The translations under genes and the position numbers were made by a program. From positions 1,070 through 65,069 of the forward strand of contig JBHHXN010000014.1 in assembly GCA_046757025.1 (NCBI GenBank): DNA of 64,000 nt, written 5' to 3'. The notes below the pieces were generated by a model. The model was not told the origin of the DNA. It saw only the letters and a program-made list of their open reading frames with translations, and searched no databases. Origin of the DNA: a bacterium (GTDB taxonomy: Bacteria > Zhuqueibacterota > Zhuqueibacteria > Oceanimicrobiales > Oceanimicrobiaceae). Position 1 is the stretch's first letter, and each line of letters starts with the position of its first letter. This document shows positions 29,693 to 38,779 of the stretch, one piece after another.

Positions 29693-30364
29693 GTGTTTTC
29701 AGCGATCAACATCAAAGAAGTCGACATCACGGAAACAACCTCCAGCTTTCGGCTGCCTCACAAAAAACCGTTGCATCAATATTATCTCCATGAGATTTTA
29801 GCCGGTCTTAAGAAAATTGAACACGTCATGTCCATATCTGAGGCCGAAGTAAGCAATCATCACAAATTAATTGCTATCTCAAAAATCGCGCAGTCCATAT
29901 CTGAGTTGGCGATGATTCATGGATTTGATGGGGTGGAAAAAATTGGCCACAAACTGTTTTCCACTCTTAGCGTTTTACGCGACTCGGGGGGAGAATTCGA
30001 TGAGACTCTGCGTGAGAAAGTAAATCTGGCTGTTTATGTGATACGCCAGGTGGCCACAATGGAAGCTCACATCGAGCGCCAAATGAACGTGGAGCGAATT
30101 GACCAGACGGTAGAACGTGATCAGGAAAAAGTACAGCGATGTGCTGAGAAGTTTTCTGAATCCATCGAACAGTTAATTCATAAACAGATGAAATTACCGT
30201 TCAAGGAAAAATACGATATCAACAAAAATGAGAATCAAAAATTATTGTTCGATATCAGAGAAATGGACTCCATCCTGAACATACCCAAAAAAATAACCCT
30301 CCAACAAGATCGCAATGGTACTTTGGAATTATTCCTACCAGATGATCTATCTCCCGATGAATGA
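29693..30364 (+). CDS. 223-aa hypothetical protein with a pseudo-HPt (CheA-P1-like) domain, Gln at the phospho-His position
   Basis: 'LIAISKIAQSISELAMIHGFDGVEKIGHKLFSTLSVLRDSG' aligns without gaps to CheA P1 'LNAIFRAAHSIKGGAGTFGFSVLQETTHLMENLLDEARRG' with ~12 of 41 identities. GTG start. Confidence 0.55.
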   Translation: MFSAINIKEVDITETTSSFRLPHKKPLHQYYLHEILAGLKKIEHVMSISEAEVSNHHKLIAISKIAQSISELAMIHGFDGVEKIGHKLFSTLSVLRDSGGEFDETLREKVNLAVYVIRQVATMEAHIERQMNVERIDQTVERDQEKVQRCAEKFSESIEQLIHKQMKLPFKEKYDINKNENQKLLFDIREMDSILNIPKKITLQQDRNGTLELFLPDDLSPDE

Positions 30365-30528
30365 AATTTTAACGGGCACTATGTTGAACGTAGTTGCGTA
30401 TCCTTTTCAGCGACTGTGTTGTTTTACGGGATTTACTGGATGCACGAGATGGAATTGTTCATCCATTAAATCACCATTAATTGAACCAAAATAGCCCTGC
30501 CCCGGTTTTACTACAACTCCCCATTATG

Positions 30529-30614
30529 TCACGCTGAGAAGTCCTTCGACATGCTCAGAGCCTGCCCTGAGCCTGGTGAAGGGATAAACTTCTCGGCGAA
30601 GAATCTCATACTAC
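30529..30614. repeat. Partial copy of a dispersed MITE/REP-like composite repeat (GC hairpin + 'GCGAAGAATCTCATACTAC' block)
   Basis: It shares the 'CGAAGAATCTCATACTAC' block with 48721-48739 and 47511-47520, and related GC-rich hairpin sequence with 48684-48720 and 50755-50830. Confidence 0.45.
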
Positions 30615-30778
30615 CCAATTTGCTAAAATGTAAAAATGGTGAATTCGTGCAGAGGGTTCGCGCTCCCGCAACGCGGAATCGCTCAAAATGACATTGTGGG
30701 AAGATGGCTGAGTTAAATGGATGACCGTATCGCGGCGATCTTAAAAGTCTAATAGTGCGATTCCTTATTATCATGGCA

Positions 30779-30859
30779 GTCATTGCGAGGAGTGTAACGA
30801 CGAAGCAATCTCCTGATATTCAGCAAGTTAGGAGATGGCTTCGCTGCGCTCGCAATGAC
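30779..30859. repeat. 81-bp palindromic element built from two inverted copies of the 'GATTsTTCGTCGyTACrCTCCTC' unit
   Basis: GTCATTGCGAGG...CGAAGCAATCTCCT | AGGAGATGGCTTCG...TCGCAATGAC. The same unit is found at 47562-47586 and 48777-48801. Confidence 0.5.
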
Positions 30860-31148
30860 AATTTGTTGTAACATTAATTAGGAAATGTTCTACTAATAAC
30901 CCGGGCAATGGTCATTCCCGCTTAACCTATCTTCCGGCAAGCCGGGTTATGGAATCCCAACTGTGCAATATGCCGATTCAATCAGTGTCCGATTTCATCC
31001 ACGACAAATTGAAAAATCAAACCATACTTTTTCAAATCAAAGAAAAACGCTCCGCTGAACCGGGTGTTAGGATTTGGTGAATAAAAATCTGTTGATAATA
31101 ATTGTGATATTTCTTAAAATCCAAAAACGAAATAATTTGGAGTAAGAG

Positions 31149-32615
31149 ATGAACGAAAAAATAATTGGCGAATCTTATACATTCGATGATGTGCTGTTGT
31201 TACCGGCCTATTCTGAGATTTTACCAAAGGAAACCGATACCCGATGCTGGCTTACAAAAAATATTCAGCTTAACGTGCCTTTGGTAGCGGCGGCTATGGA
31301 TACGGTGACCGAGTCTGAGCTGGCCATTGCCTTGGCGCGGGAGGGCGGAATCGGCATCATTCATAAGAATATGTCTATTGAAAAACAAGCCGAAGAAGTC
31401 GATCGGGTGAAACGTTCTGAAAGCGGCATGATTTACGATCCCATTACATTGACGGCGGATCGCCGCATTGCAGAAGCATTGGAGTTAATGCATCGGTTCA
31501 AAATATCCGGCATCCCCATCGTCGAAGGGAAAAAATTAGTGGGGATTTTAACCAATCGCGATTTACGATTTGAAGATAATATCGAGCTGGAAATCACGCA
31601 GGTCATGACCAAGGATAATTTGGTGACCGCCCCTGTGGGCACCACTCTGGAACAAGCCGAAAAAATTCTTCAGCAGAACCGCATCGAAAAATTACCGGTG
31701 GTGGACGAACATGGCCATCTACAGGGATTGATAACGGTAAAGGATATTCAGAAAAAGCGCAAATTTCCACTGGCGACGAAAGACAGCCAGGGCCGTTTGC
31801 GGGTTGGAGGGGCCATCGGTATTACGGGGAATTTGCTGGAACGGGCACAAGCGCTGATTCAGGCGCAGGTGGATGTGCTGGTGGTCGATTCCGCACACGG
31901 GCATTCAAAAGGCGTGATTGAAACGGTGAAATTATTGCGTAACACTTTTCGTGACATGGATATCATCGCTGGAAATGTGGCCACGGCGGCCGGTGCTCAG
32001 GATTTGATCAAAGCCGGCGCCGACGCCGTGAAAGTGGGGATGGGCCCAGGCACGATTTGTACCACGCGTGTCGTGGCGGGCGTCGGCATGCCGCAAATTT
32101 CCGCTTTAATGAATTGCGCCGAAATATGCAAAAAAAATCGCGTGCAGTTAATATCTGATGGCGGCATTAAGCAAACCGGCGATTTAGCTAAGGCCGTCGC
32201 CGCCGGCGCCGATTCCATCATGATTGGCAGCCTGTTTGCCGGAACAGAAGAAAGCCCGGGGGATAAAGTTTATATGGGGGGGAGGATATTTAAAGTTTAC
32301 CGCGGCATGGGATCCATTTCTGCCATGCAGCAAGGCAGCGGCGATCGCTATTTTCAAGGCGATGAAACGCAACTGACGAAATTGGTGGCCGAAGGCATCG
32401 AAGGTCGCGTGCCGTATCGCGGAAAATTGAGCGAAGTGGTTTATCAAATGGTGGGCGGTCTGCGAGCGGCCATGGGCTACTGCGGCGCCCGAACTATTTT
32501 CGAGTTGCAGTCTAAAAGTCGTTTTGTGAAAATTAGTGCGGCAGGTTTGATGGAGAGCCATCCTCATGATGTGGTTATCACCGAGGAGGCGCCGAATTAT
32601 AAAGTCTTAAAATAA
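31149..32615 (+). CDS. guaB: IMP dehydrogenase
   Basis: '[13 protein letters not shown]', a tandem CBS pair and the catalytic 'GIGPGSICTTR'-type loop ('[17 protein letters not shown]') are present. Also '[12 protein letters not shown]'. Confidence 0.9.
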   Translation: MNEKIIGESYTFDDVLLLPAYSEILPKETDTRCWLTKNIQLNVPLVAAAMDTVTESELAIALAREGGIGIIHKNMSIEKQAEEVDRVKRSESGMIYDPITLTADRRIAEALELMHRFKISGIPIVEGKKLVGILTNRDLRFEDNIELEITQVMTKDNLVTAPVGTTLEQAEKILQQNRIEKLPVVDEHGHLQGLITVKDIQKKRKFPLATKDSQGRLRVGGAIGITGNLLERAQALIQAQVDVLVVDSAHGHSKGVIETVKLLRNTFRDMDIIAGNVATAAGAQDLIKAGADAVKVGMGPGTICTTRVVAGVGMPQISALMNCAEICKKNRVQLISDGGIKQTGDLAKAVAAGADSIMIGSLFAGTEESPGDKVYMGGRIFKVYRGMGSISAMQQGSGDRYFQGDETQLTKLVAEGIEGRVPYRGKLSEVVYQMVGGLRAAMGYCGARTIFELQSKSRFVKISAAGLMESHPHDVVITEEAPNYKVLK

Positions 32616-32719
32616 AAAAAGAAACCGGGTTAGCTTGTCATAACCGGGATTAGGGGGAGTTACCGGTATTGACGCGCTTTCCCGGTTTCATCTTTTCAAA
32701 AAAACCGAAATTTTAAACG

Positions 32720-32971
32720 CTACAACTTATTGATGTAAAGCGTTAATTGTGATTTTTGATTGGCGGCTTTATTCCTGTGAATTATTTTTTTCGAAGCTAA
32801 TTTATCTAATAATGAAACGGTTTCGCGATATAATAGTTCAGCGGTTTCTTTATCTTCAGTAGCAAGAACTTTGCTAATGGCGGTTTTCATCTTCGATTTG
32901 TAATGTTTGTTACGCTCTCTGGATTTTTGACTTCGTCTAATTCTTCTAATTGCTGAGGGATAGTTTGCCAT
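32720..32971 (-). CDS. rpsT: 30S ribosomal protein S20
   Basis: 83 aa basic protein. 'MANYPSAIRRIRRSQKSRERNKHYKSKMKTAIS' has the typical S20 N-terminus. Confidence 0.85.
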   Translation of the reverse strand: MANYPSAIRRIRRSQKSRERNKHYKSKMKTAISKVLATEDKETAELLYRETVSLLDKLASKKIIHRNKAANQKSQLTLYINKL

Positions 32972-33229
32972 TTTTTTAAATTGTTCTCCTACTGTTAGGT
33001 AATATTAATTTGAAACAAATATACAAAAATATATATCTTTTGTCAATAAAAAAATAGTTTAAGGCTGAGCTATTAACTATATAATACGAGAACTTAGGTT
33101 GAATATTGCTCAAACTTTTTCTTGACTTTTAGTCTCTATTATCTTATTATACAAGCAATTTTATTTCTAAAAAAATTTTGAATGTACAGCACTTTTTCTC
33201 GCTTTTGTTGACACATTTTAGGAGGGCGT

Positions 33230-33568
33230 ATGAAAATAAAACAAAGAAAAATTGGGGATGTGGTTATTTTAGATCTGAGCGGCAAGCTGCTTGGCGGTCC
33301 ACCGGTCTTTGAGGAATTTACCGAGACCATTCATACCCTCAACGACGAGGGCATCAAAAAAGTGGTGGTCAATCTCAACGAGGTGACCCGAATGAACAGC
33401 TCAGGATTGGGTATTTTAATCTCAGCTTTGACCTCGTTGAGTAAAGTCGACGGTCAGCTCAAATTAGCGGGCATCAATGAGACCATGGAAGGTATTTTGA
33501 TCACGACCAAACTTAATACCATTTTCGAAACCTTTGATACAGCAGAAGGGGCCGCACAAAGTTTTTAA
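33230..33568 (+). CDS. STAS-domain anti-sigma-factor antagonist (SpoIIAA-like)
   Basis: 112 aa. 'VVILDLSGKL', 'VVVNLNEVTRMNSSGLGILISA' and 'LKLAGINETM' follow the STAS pattern with a phosphorylatable Ser. Confidence 0.75.
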   Translation: MKIKQRKIGDVVILDLSGKLLGGPPVFEEFTETIHTLNDEGIKKVVVNLNEVTRMNSSGLGILISALTSLSKVDGQLKLAGINETMEGILITTKLNTIFETFDTAEGAAQSF

Positions 33569-33623
33569 TTTGAAACAGATTGTCGTTCGCCGCTAAATGT
33601 TCCATTCAGTTTGTTTGACTTCA

Positions 33624-33650
33624 GGGAGCTCCAGGAGCTCTCTTTTTTTG
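33624..33650 (+). terminator. Intrinsic terminator after the STAS gene
   Basis: GGGAGCT-CCAGG-AGCTCTC hairpin followed by T7. Confidence 0.45.
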
Positions 33651-34436
33651 ATTAATTCAATCCTTTTGACTCTAAAAGTTAACAAGCAATTTGGAACAAG
33701 GAGCATTTCCGGAGTAGGTCTAAAGTAAAGTTAATCTTTTTAACGGTTCGCTGAATTTGACCGGGATTTAAATTACCCATTGAATATTTATGAAAAATAG
33801 GAATGCCCAGTTGAAAAATATAGCGTTCGACTCAGCTAAGGCTGAAGCATATTTTTTTTTTGATGCGCCCCGAAGTAAATTCGGGAAACCATGAGAACTT
33901 TTTAATAATCAATCAAAACAGATTTTCAATAGCGCATTCGTACTACGAGTCGTTGATGATAGATTGAGCGTGAGCAAGCGAGAAAAGTGCCACACTAAGT
34001 ACTCCATATCAGAAATGGTTGCAGGGTTCACAAGAGGTAATAGCGGCTACCGATCTTCACCCTTCTACTCCGCTCAGAGTGAAGATCATGGTTTTCAGAA
34101 TTTGAATTGGGACTCAGCATGAAGATAGGTACCCGACAGTCCATTTTGAAATGGAATACTTAGCTCAAATACGAATCGCTTTCAAATTGAACAAATTAAT
34201 TTGTCATTGATTTTGACAAAGGGATTACTTGTTTTATTGTGCTGCTACCTGATATTTCCTTCGTGAGTTTTCATTTTTTTAATCAAGTTAGTCTAATAAA
34301 TTTCGCTTTTGATGGAGCTAAAACGAAAAAATAAACCACATTCGTTTTTCATACCATTTATATTTTAAAATGTTGTTTGAGGATGAGCTGATAATCTTAA
34401 TGCAATTTATTAATTGAAAGTAAATGGAGGATAAAA

Positions 34437-36521
34437 GTGAAAGAGTTTAATCCGAGTAACATTCGAAATTGTGCTATCATCGGCCATGCAACTGTTGGCA
34501 AAACCATGCTTGCCGAAGCGATGTTGTTTTCTGCTGGCGAGGTCAGTCGTTTGGGTACTGTAGATGACGGCACGACCACATCCGACTATAACGCTGATGA
34601 AATTAACCGAAAAATTTCGATAAATACTTCTCTACTCCATTGTTCCTGGAAAAATTGCAAAATCAATATTCTCGATACACCGGGCTATTCAGATTTTATC
34701 GGAGAGGTGAAGGGGACTTTGAGAGTAACCGAGCTGGGAATCGTGGTCATCAACTCGGTAGCCGGTGTGGAGGTGGGCACCGAGAGCGTGTGGAAAATTG
34801 CCAGCGATTACGGTATTTCGAGGCTGATCTTTCTCAACCGGCTGGATAAGGAGCACGCTGACTTTGACAAATCGCTATCTTCTGCGCAGGAGCGGTTTGG
34901 CAACAACGTGGTACCGGTTCACCTCCCTGTGCATGCGGGTGAGAATTTTGACAGTTTTGTGGATATCATGAAAATGGAGCTGGTGAAGTACGAAAAAAAT
35001 GGCTCAGGCAAATATGCGACTTCTGAAATACCGGCTGAATTAAAATCCAAAGCCGAGGGCATGCGCGAAAAACTCATCGAAATGGCAGCCGAAAACGACG
35101 ACCAACTGATGGAGAAATATTTTGAGGAAGGGACGCTTTCCAATGAGGAGATCAAAATTGGCTTGAAGTCGGGCATCGCCAATCAATCTATTTTTCCGAT
35201 GCTGTGTGGCGCTGGACTGCTAAATATTGGTTTGCATCATTTAAACGATTTTATTGTAGAATACGGACCTTCGCCAGCCGATTTTCCTGCAGTTAAGGCC
35301 AGGAAACCCAATAGCAGCGAAGAAATCACACGGGAGTGCCAGGAAGATGCCCCGCTTTCTGCGCTGGTGTTTAAAACCGTGTCTGAAACGCATGTGGGCG
35401 AATTGTCCTTTTTTAGAGTTGTTTCCGGTAAAATGCTCAGCGGTTCGGAGGTGTTGAACACCAGCCGGGGTGTTTCGGAAAAAATCGGTCAAATTTTTAT
35501 CATGAACGGTAAAAATCGTAAAGAAATCGGCGTGGTTAACGCGGGCGACATTGCGGCGACCGTGAAGCTTCGTGACACCCACACCGGCAATACTTTGAGC
35601 GATAAAAAGGATCCCGTTGTCTTGCCCGACATTGAATTCCCGGCGCCGGTGATTCGAATTGCAGTGGAACCGAAGTCCAAAGGCGATGAAGATAAAATAT
35701 CAAATGGATTGCATACGCTGCATGAACAGGATCCGACGTTCATTACAGAATACGATGCAGAACTGCGGCAGACCATCATTTCGGGTCAGGGCGAAGTACA
35801 TTTAGATATCGTTGTGAAAAGACTAAAAGAAAAATTTGGCGTGGATGTGAATTTAGTGGAGCCCAAAATACCCTATCGTGAAACCATTAAGGGACGGGCG
35901 CAACTGCAGTCCAAATATAAAAAACAGAGCGGTGGTCGCGGCCAGTACGGGGATGTGTGGTTGAAATTAGAACCGCTGGAAAGAGGCGCCGGGTTCGAGT
36001 TTGTCGATTCAATCGTTGGCGGGGTCATTCCCTCGAAGTATATTCCAGCGGTGGAGAAAGGCGTACGGGAAGCGATGGAAGAAGGTGTGATTGCCGGATA
36101 CCGCGTCACCGACATAAAAGTCACGCTTTATGATGGCAGCTATCACAATGTGGATTCATCTGATATGGCTTTTAAAATTGCCGGCTCCATGGCGTTTAAA
36201 AAGGCCTTTAAGGAAGCGAAGCCCATTTTGCTGGAACCCATTTATGACGTGGAAGTGGTGGTGCCAGAAGATTTTATGGGCGATGTGATGGGCGATCTTT
36301 CCAGTCGCCGCGGTAAAATTTTGGGGATGGACGCAGAAGGTCCATTTCAAGTGATCAAAGCAAAAGTGCCGCTGGCTGAGCTGTATCGCTATTCAACCTC
36401 CTTGCGTTCATTGACGCAGGGCCGGGGAATTCACCGCCGAAAAATGTCGCACTACGAAGAAGTCCCCAATGACGTCACACAAAAAATCATCTTAGCCGCT
36501 GAGGAAGAAAAGTCTAAATGA
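34437..36521 (+). CDS. Elongation factor G-family translational GTPase. It lies outside the str operon and is probably an EF-G2-type paralog.
   Basis: G1 'AIIGHATVGKT', G3 'DTPGYSDF' and G4 'NRLD' are present, with the full five-domain length (694 aa). No rpsL/rpsG context. Confidence 0.8.
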   Translation: MKEFNPSNIRNCAIIGHATVGKTMLAEAMLFSAGEVSRLGTVDDGTTTSDYNADEINRKISINTSLLHCSWKNCKINILDTPGYSDFIGEVKGTLRVTELGIVVINSVAGVEVGTESVWKIASDYGISRLIFLNRLDKEHADFDKSLSSAQERFGNNVVPVHLPVHAGENFDSFVDIMKMELVKYEKNGSGKYATSEIPAELKSKAEGMREKLIEMAAENDDQLMEKYFEEGTLSNEEIKIGLKSGIANQSIFPMLCGAGLLNIGLHHLNDFIVEYGPSPADFPAVKARKPNSSEEITRECQEDAPLSALVFKTVSETHVGELSFFRVVSGKMLSGSEVLNTSRGVSEKIGQIFIMNGKNRKEIGVVNAGDIAATVKLRDTHTGNTLSDKKDPVVLPDIEFPAPVIRIAVEPKSKGDEDKISNGLHTLHEQDPTFITEYDAELRQTIISGQGEVHLDIVVKRLKEKFGVDVNLVEPKIPYRETIKGRAQLQSKYKKQSGGRGQYGDVWLKLEPLERGAGFEFVDSIVGGVIPSKYIPAVEKGVREAMEEGVIAGYRVTDIKVTLYDGSYHNVDSSDMAFKIAGSMAFKKAFKEAKPILLEPIYDVEVVVPEDFMGDVMGDLSSRRGKILGMDAEGPFQVIKAKVPLAELYRYSTSLRSLTQGRGIHRRKMSHYEEVPNDVTQKIILAAEEEKSK

Positions 36522-37024
36522 ATTATAAGCCAAAAACCGATATTTTGTGGGCGCCCTGGCGAATGGATTATATTCTGGCGGATAAAGTGGATGAATGTAT
36601 TTTTTGTTCAAAAACCAAAGAACAGGACGATCAAAATAATTTAATTCTCGTTCGCGGTGAATTTAATTTCGTTATCATGAACAAGTATCCCTACAATAAC
36701 GGCCATTTGATGGTGGTGCCGTACCGTCATACCGACAGCCTGGAAACCTTGAACGGCGATGAGCGGTTGGAATTGATGGATATGGTCTCAAACTCCATCA
36801 AAATTCTTCGGGAGACCATCCAACCCGACGGCTTTAATGTGGGGGTGAATTTAGGCAAAGTGGCCGGCGCCGGCATTGATGATCATATTCATTTTCATAT
36901 CGTACCTCGGTGGGCAGCAGATACTAATTTCATGCCAGTGGTGGGACAAACCAAAGTGGTTTCAGAAGCCCTGGCGCAAACCTGGAATAAACTGCACCAA
37001 AAGTTTTTGGCGAACTCAAAATAA
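36518..37024 (+). CDS. HIT-family (histidine triad) nucleotide hydrolase/transferase
   Basis: 'ECIFC' zinc-ribbon-like N-terminus, 'NKYPYNNGHLMVVP' and the triad 'DDHIHFHIVPRW'. Translationally coupled to the EF-G paralog (4-bp overlap). Confidence 0.75.
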   Translation: MNYKPKTDILWAPWRMDYILADKVDECIFCSKTKEQDDQNNLILVRGEFNFVIMNKYPYNNGHLMVVPYRHTDSLETLNGDERLELMDMVSNSIKILRETIQPDGFNVGVNLGKVAGAGIDDHIHFHIVPRWAADTNFMPVVGQTKVVSEALAQTWNKLHQKFLANSK

Positions 37025-37386
37025 AAATTGTTTAATTAGGTGGCAAGGGAATCGTTTGATTTCGTGCGGTCGACCTGGGCAAGCTTCCTTTTAACCCGCA
37101 TTTATGGACTCACCAGGAGTCGATACGTTGCCAGATTGCACTTTGCTTCGGGAATGGTTCTCTGGGATTTTCAATGCAGCAATTCTCTCTTAGCGCCCAT
37201 CCGTAAACTCGAAAAGGCGCCACAAAAAATCTCTTATGCGAAGGTGTGCCGGCGCGCTAAGCCGGGATTCGTCCCCGGTTAGGAGGCGTTGGTGTAAGAG
37301 CTGGATCGTGTTCGGATGAACACACATTAACTTTTTGTACAACGCCATAAGGCCGTGGCGACAAACCGGCATGCGGATGAAATGTT

Positions 37387-38187
37387 TTAATGATTTTCCT
37401 TTTCCATTGACTTAATTTGCTCCCACCTTTCGTCTAATTCTTCTAGAGAAGCTTCGTGCATTTCCCTGTTTTCGGTCTGAAATTGCAGCTCGATGGATTT
37501 GAAGCGGCGGATGAATTTGTCGGTGGTTTTACGCAGCGCATCCTCCGGATTTACGTTTAGGAAACGGGATAAATTCACCAGCGAAAACAATAAATCACCG
37601 AACTCTTCCTCAATATTTTCCGGTTTTTCACTTTGAAAGGCTTTTTGAAATTCCTGCAGTTCTTCTTGTATTTTATCCCACACCGGCCTGTGGTCCGGCC
37701 AATCAAAACCGACGGTGGAAGCTTTTTGCTGAATGCGCCAGGCTTTTAACAATGCAGAGAGGGCGGCCGGCACTCCGTCGATGACCGATTTTTTACCTTC
37801 CTGCTTTTTGAGCTTTTCCCAATTGATCGACTGCTCGTGGGCGGAATGGATTTCCAGGTCCCCAAAGACGTTTGGATGCCGGCGGATCAATTTGTCGCTG
37901 ATGGTTTCGAGCACCGAGGCGATGTCGAAGTCCTCGTTTTCTGCGGCGATTTGTGCATGAAACACGATTTGTAAAAGCAGGTCGCCCAGTTCTTCCTGTA
38001 ACGCCGGCGCGCTGCCGTCATCGATGGCCTCCAGAACTTCATACGCTTCCTCTAAAAGGTATTGTCGGAGTGATTCGTGTGTTTGTTCTTTATCCCACGG
38101 GCAACCGTGTTCGCCGCGCAGTTTGGCCATAATTTCTACGAGATTGTGAAACTTTTTTCCGATTTCTGGATTATGTGTGTAAGGCAT
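37387..38187 (-). CDS. mazG: Nucleoside triphosphate pyrophosphohydrolase MazG
   Basis: 'LRGEHGCPWDKEQTHESLRQYLLEEAYEVLEAID' and a second MazG-type EEhGDLLF repeat ('EEFGDLLFSLVNLSRF'). Confidence 0.85.
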   Translation of the reverse strand: MPYTHNPEIGKKFHNLVEIMAKLRGEHGCPWDKEQTHESLRQYLLEEAYEVLEAIDDGSAPALQEELGDLLLQIVFHAQIAAENEDFDIASVLETISDKLIRRHPNVFGDLEIHSAHEQSINWEKLKKQEGKKSVIDGVPAALSALLKAWRIQQKASTVGFDWPDHRPVWDKIQEELQEFQKAFQSEKPENIEEEFGDLLFSLVNLSRFLNVNPEDALRKTTDKFIRRFKSIELQFQTENREMHEASLEELDERWEQIKSMEKENH

Positions 38188-38454
38188 TTATTTCACCTTC
38201 GATTAAATTGTTTACGTATAAAATGGTTTTTAAAGTAGAAAAACGGTACTTTATTGTCAAATTAAATGTCGAAAATGTTAAAAAAACTTTATATGTTACT
38301 TTTTGGTGCAAATCGCTTGACTCTTAAAAATATTTTGGTTAATTTGATTTTTGGAAAATTGTTGCATTCGATTAACTGCACCTCAACTGGCCAATTAGAA
38401 TTATCTCAACAAGATTTTTTAAAAAAGTCATTTGAAATAAATGCGTGAACAGAA

Positions 38455-38745
38455 ATGTTTGTTTCAAATTTATTTCAAAAATCACGACCAAGAAAATTTG
38501 CTTTTACTCCGTTTTATTACAACAAGGAAAATGAAACTGAAAACGACGATCCTGAGCAGCCACGGATAAAATTCAGACGGTATCGACGTCCTGAACTCGG
38601 TACGTCTAAATCGGTTAAAATCAAAATCGTTTTCGCCATTCTTCTGGTTCTTTTTTTATATTACTTTAGGGGACTCGTAGAGCAGGACAATCGTCATTTT
38701 AGAATTGAGGAAATTAAGATAGAAGAGACCCCGAGTAATTTTTAG
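38455..38745 (+). CDS. Small hypothetical protein with one TM helix. Possibly not a real gene.
   Basis: 96-aa ORF with a hydrophobic stretch 'IKIVFAILLVLFLYYF'. No recognisable family. It lies just upstream of the cyclase gene. Confidence 0.25.
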   Translation: MFVSNLFQKSRPRKFAFTPFYYNKENETENDDPEQPRIKFRRYRRPELGTSKSVKIKIVFAILLVLFLYYFRGLVEQDNRHFRIEEIKIEETPSNF

Positions 38746-38779
38746 CGATATATTAGCAACTTAGCATTTCAGGAATACG

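Noticed and set aside
32616-32719. Inverted repeat GAAACCGGG...CCCGGTTTC between convergent guaB and rpsT as a bidirectional terminator
   Set aside because: The arms are ~50 nt apart with an A-run and a T-run, so it is plausible. The stem is short (9 bp) and the loop large, so I was not confident enough to list it as a feature.
37025-37386. Possible tmRNA or tRNA-like 3' end ('GCCGGGATTCGTCCCCGG...GGAGGCGTTGGTG') in the HIT-mazG convergent spacer
   Set aside because: The loop 'ATTCGTC' does not fit a T-loop (TΨCRANY). No CCA-proximal acceptor pairing, no tag-peptide reading frame, and no upstream tmRNA pseudoknot features. It is probably just a GC-rich hairpin, possibly a bidirectional terminator.
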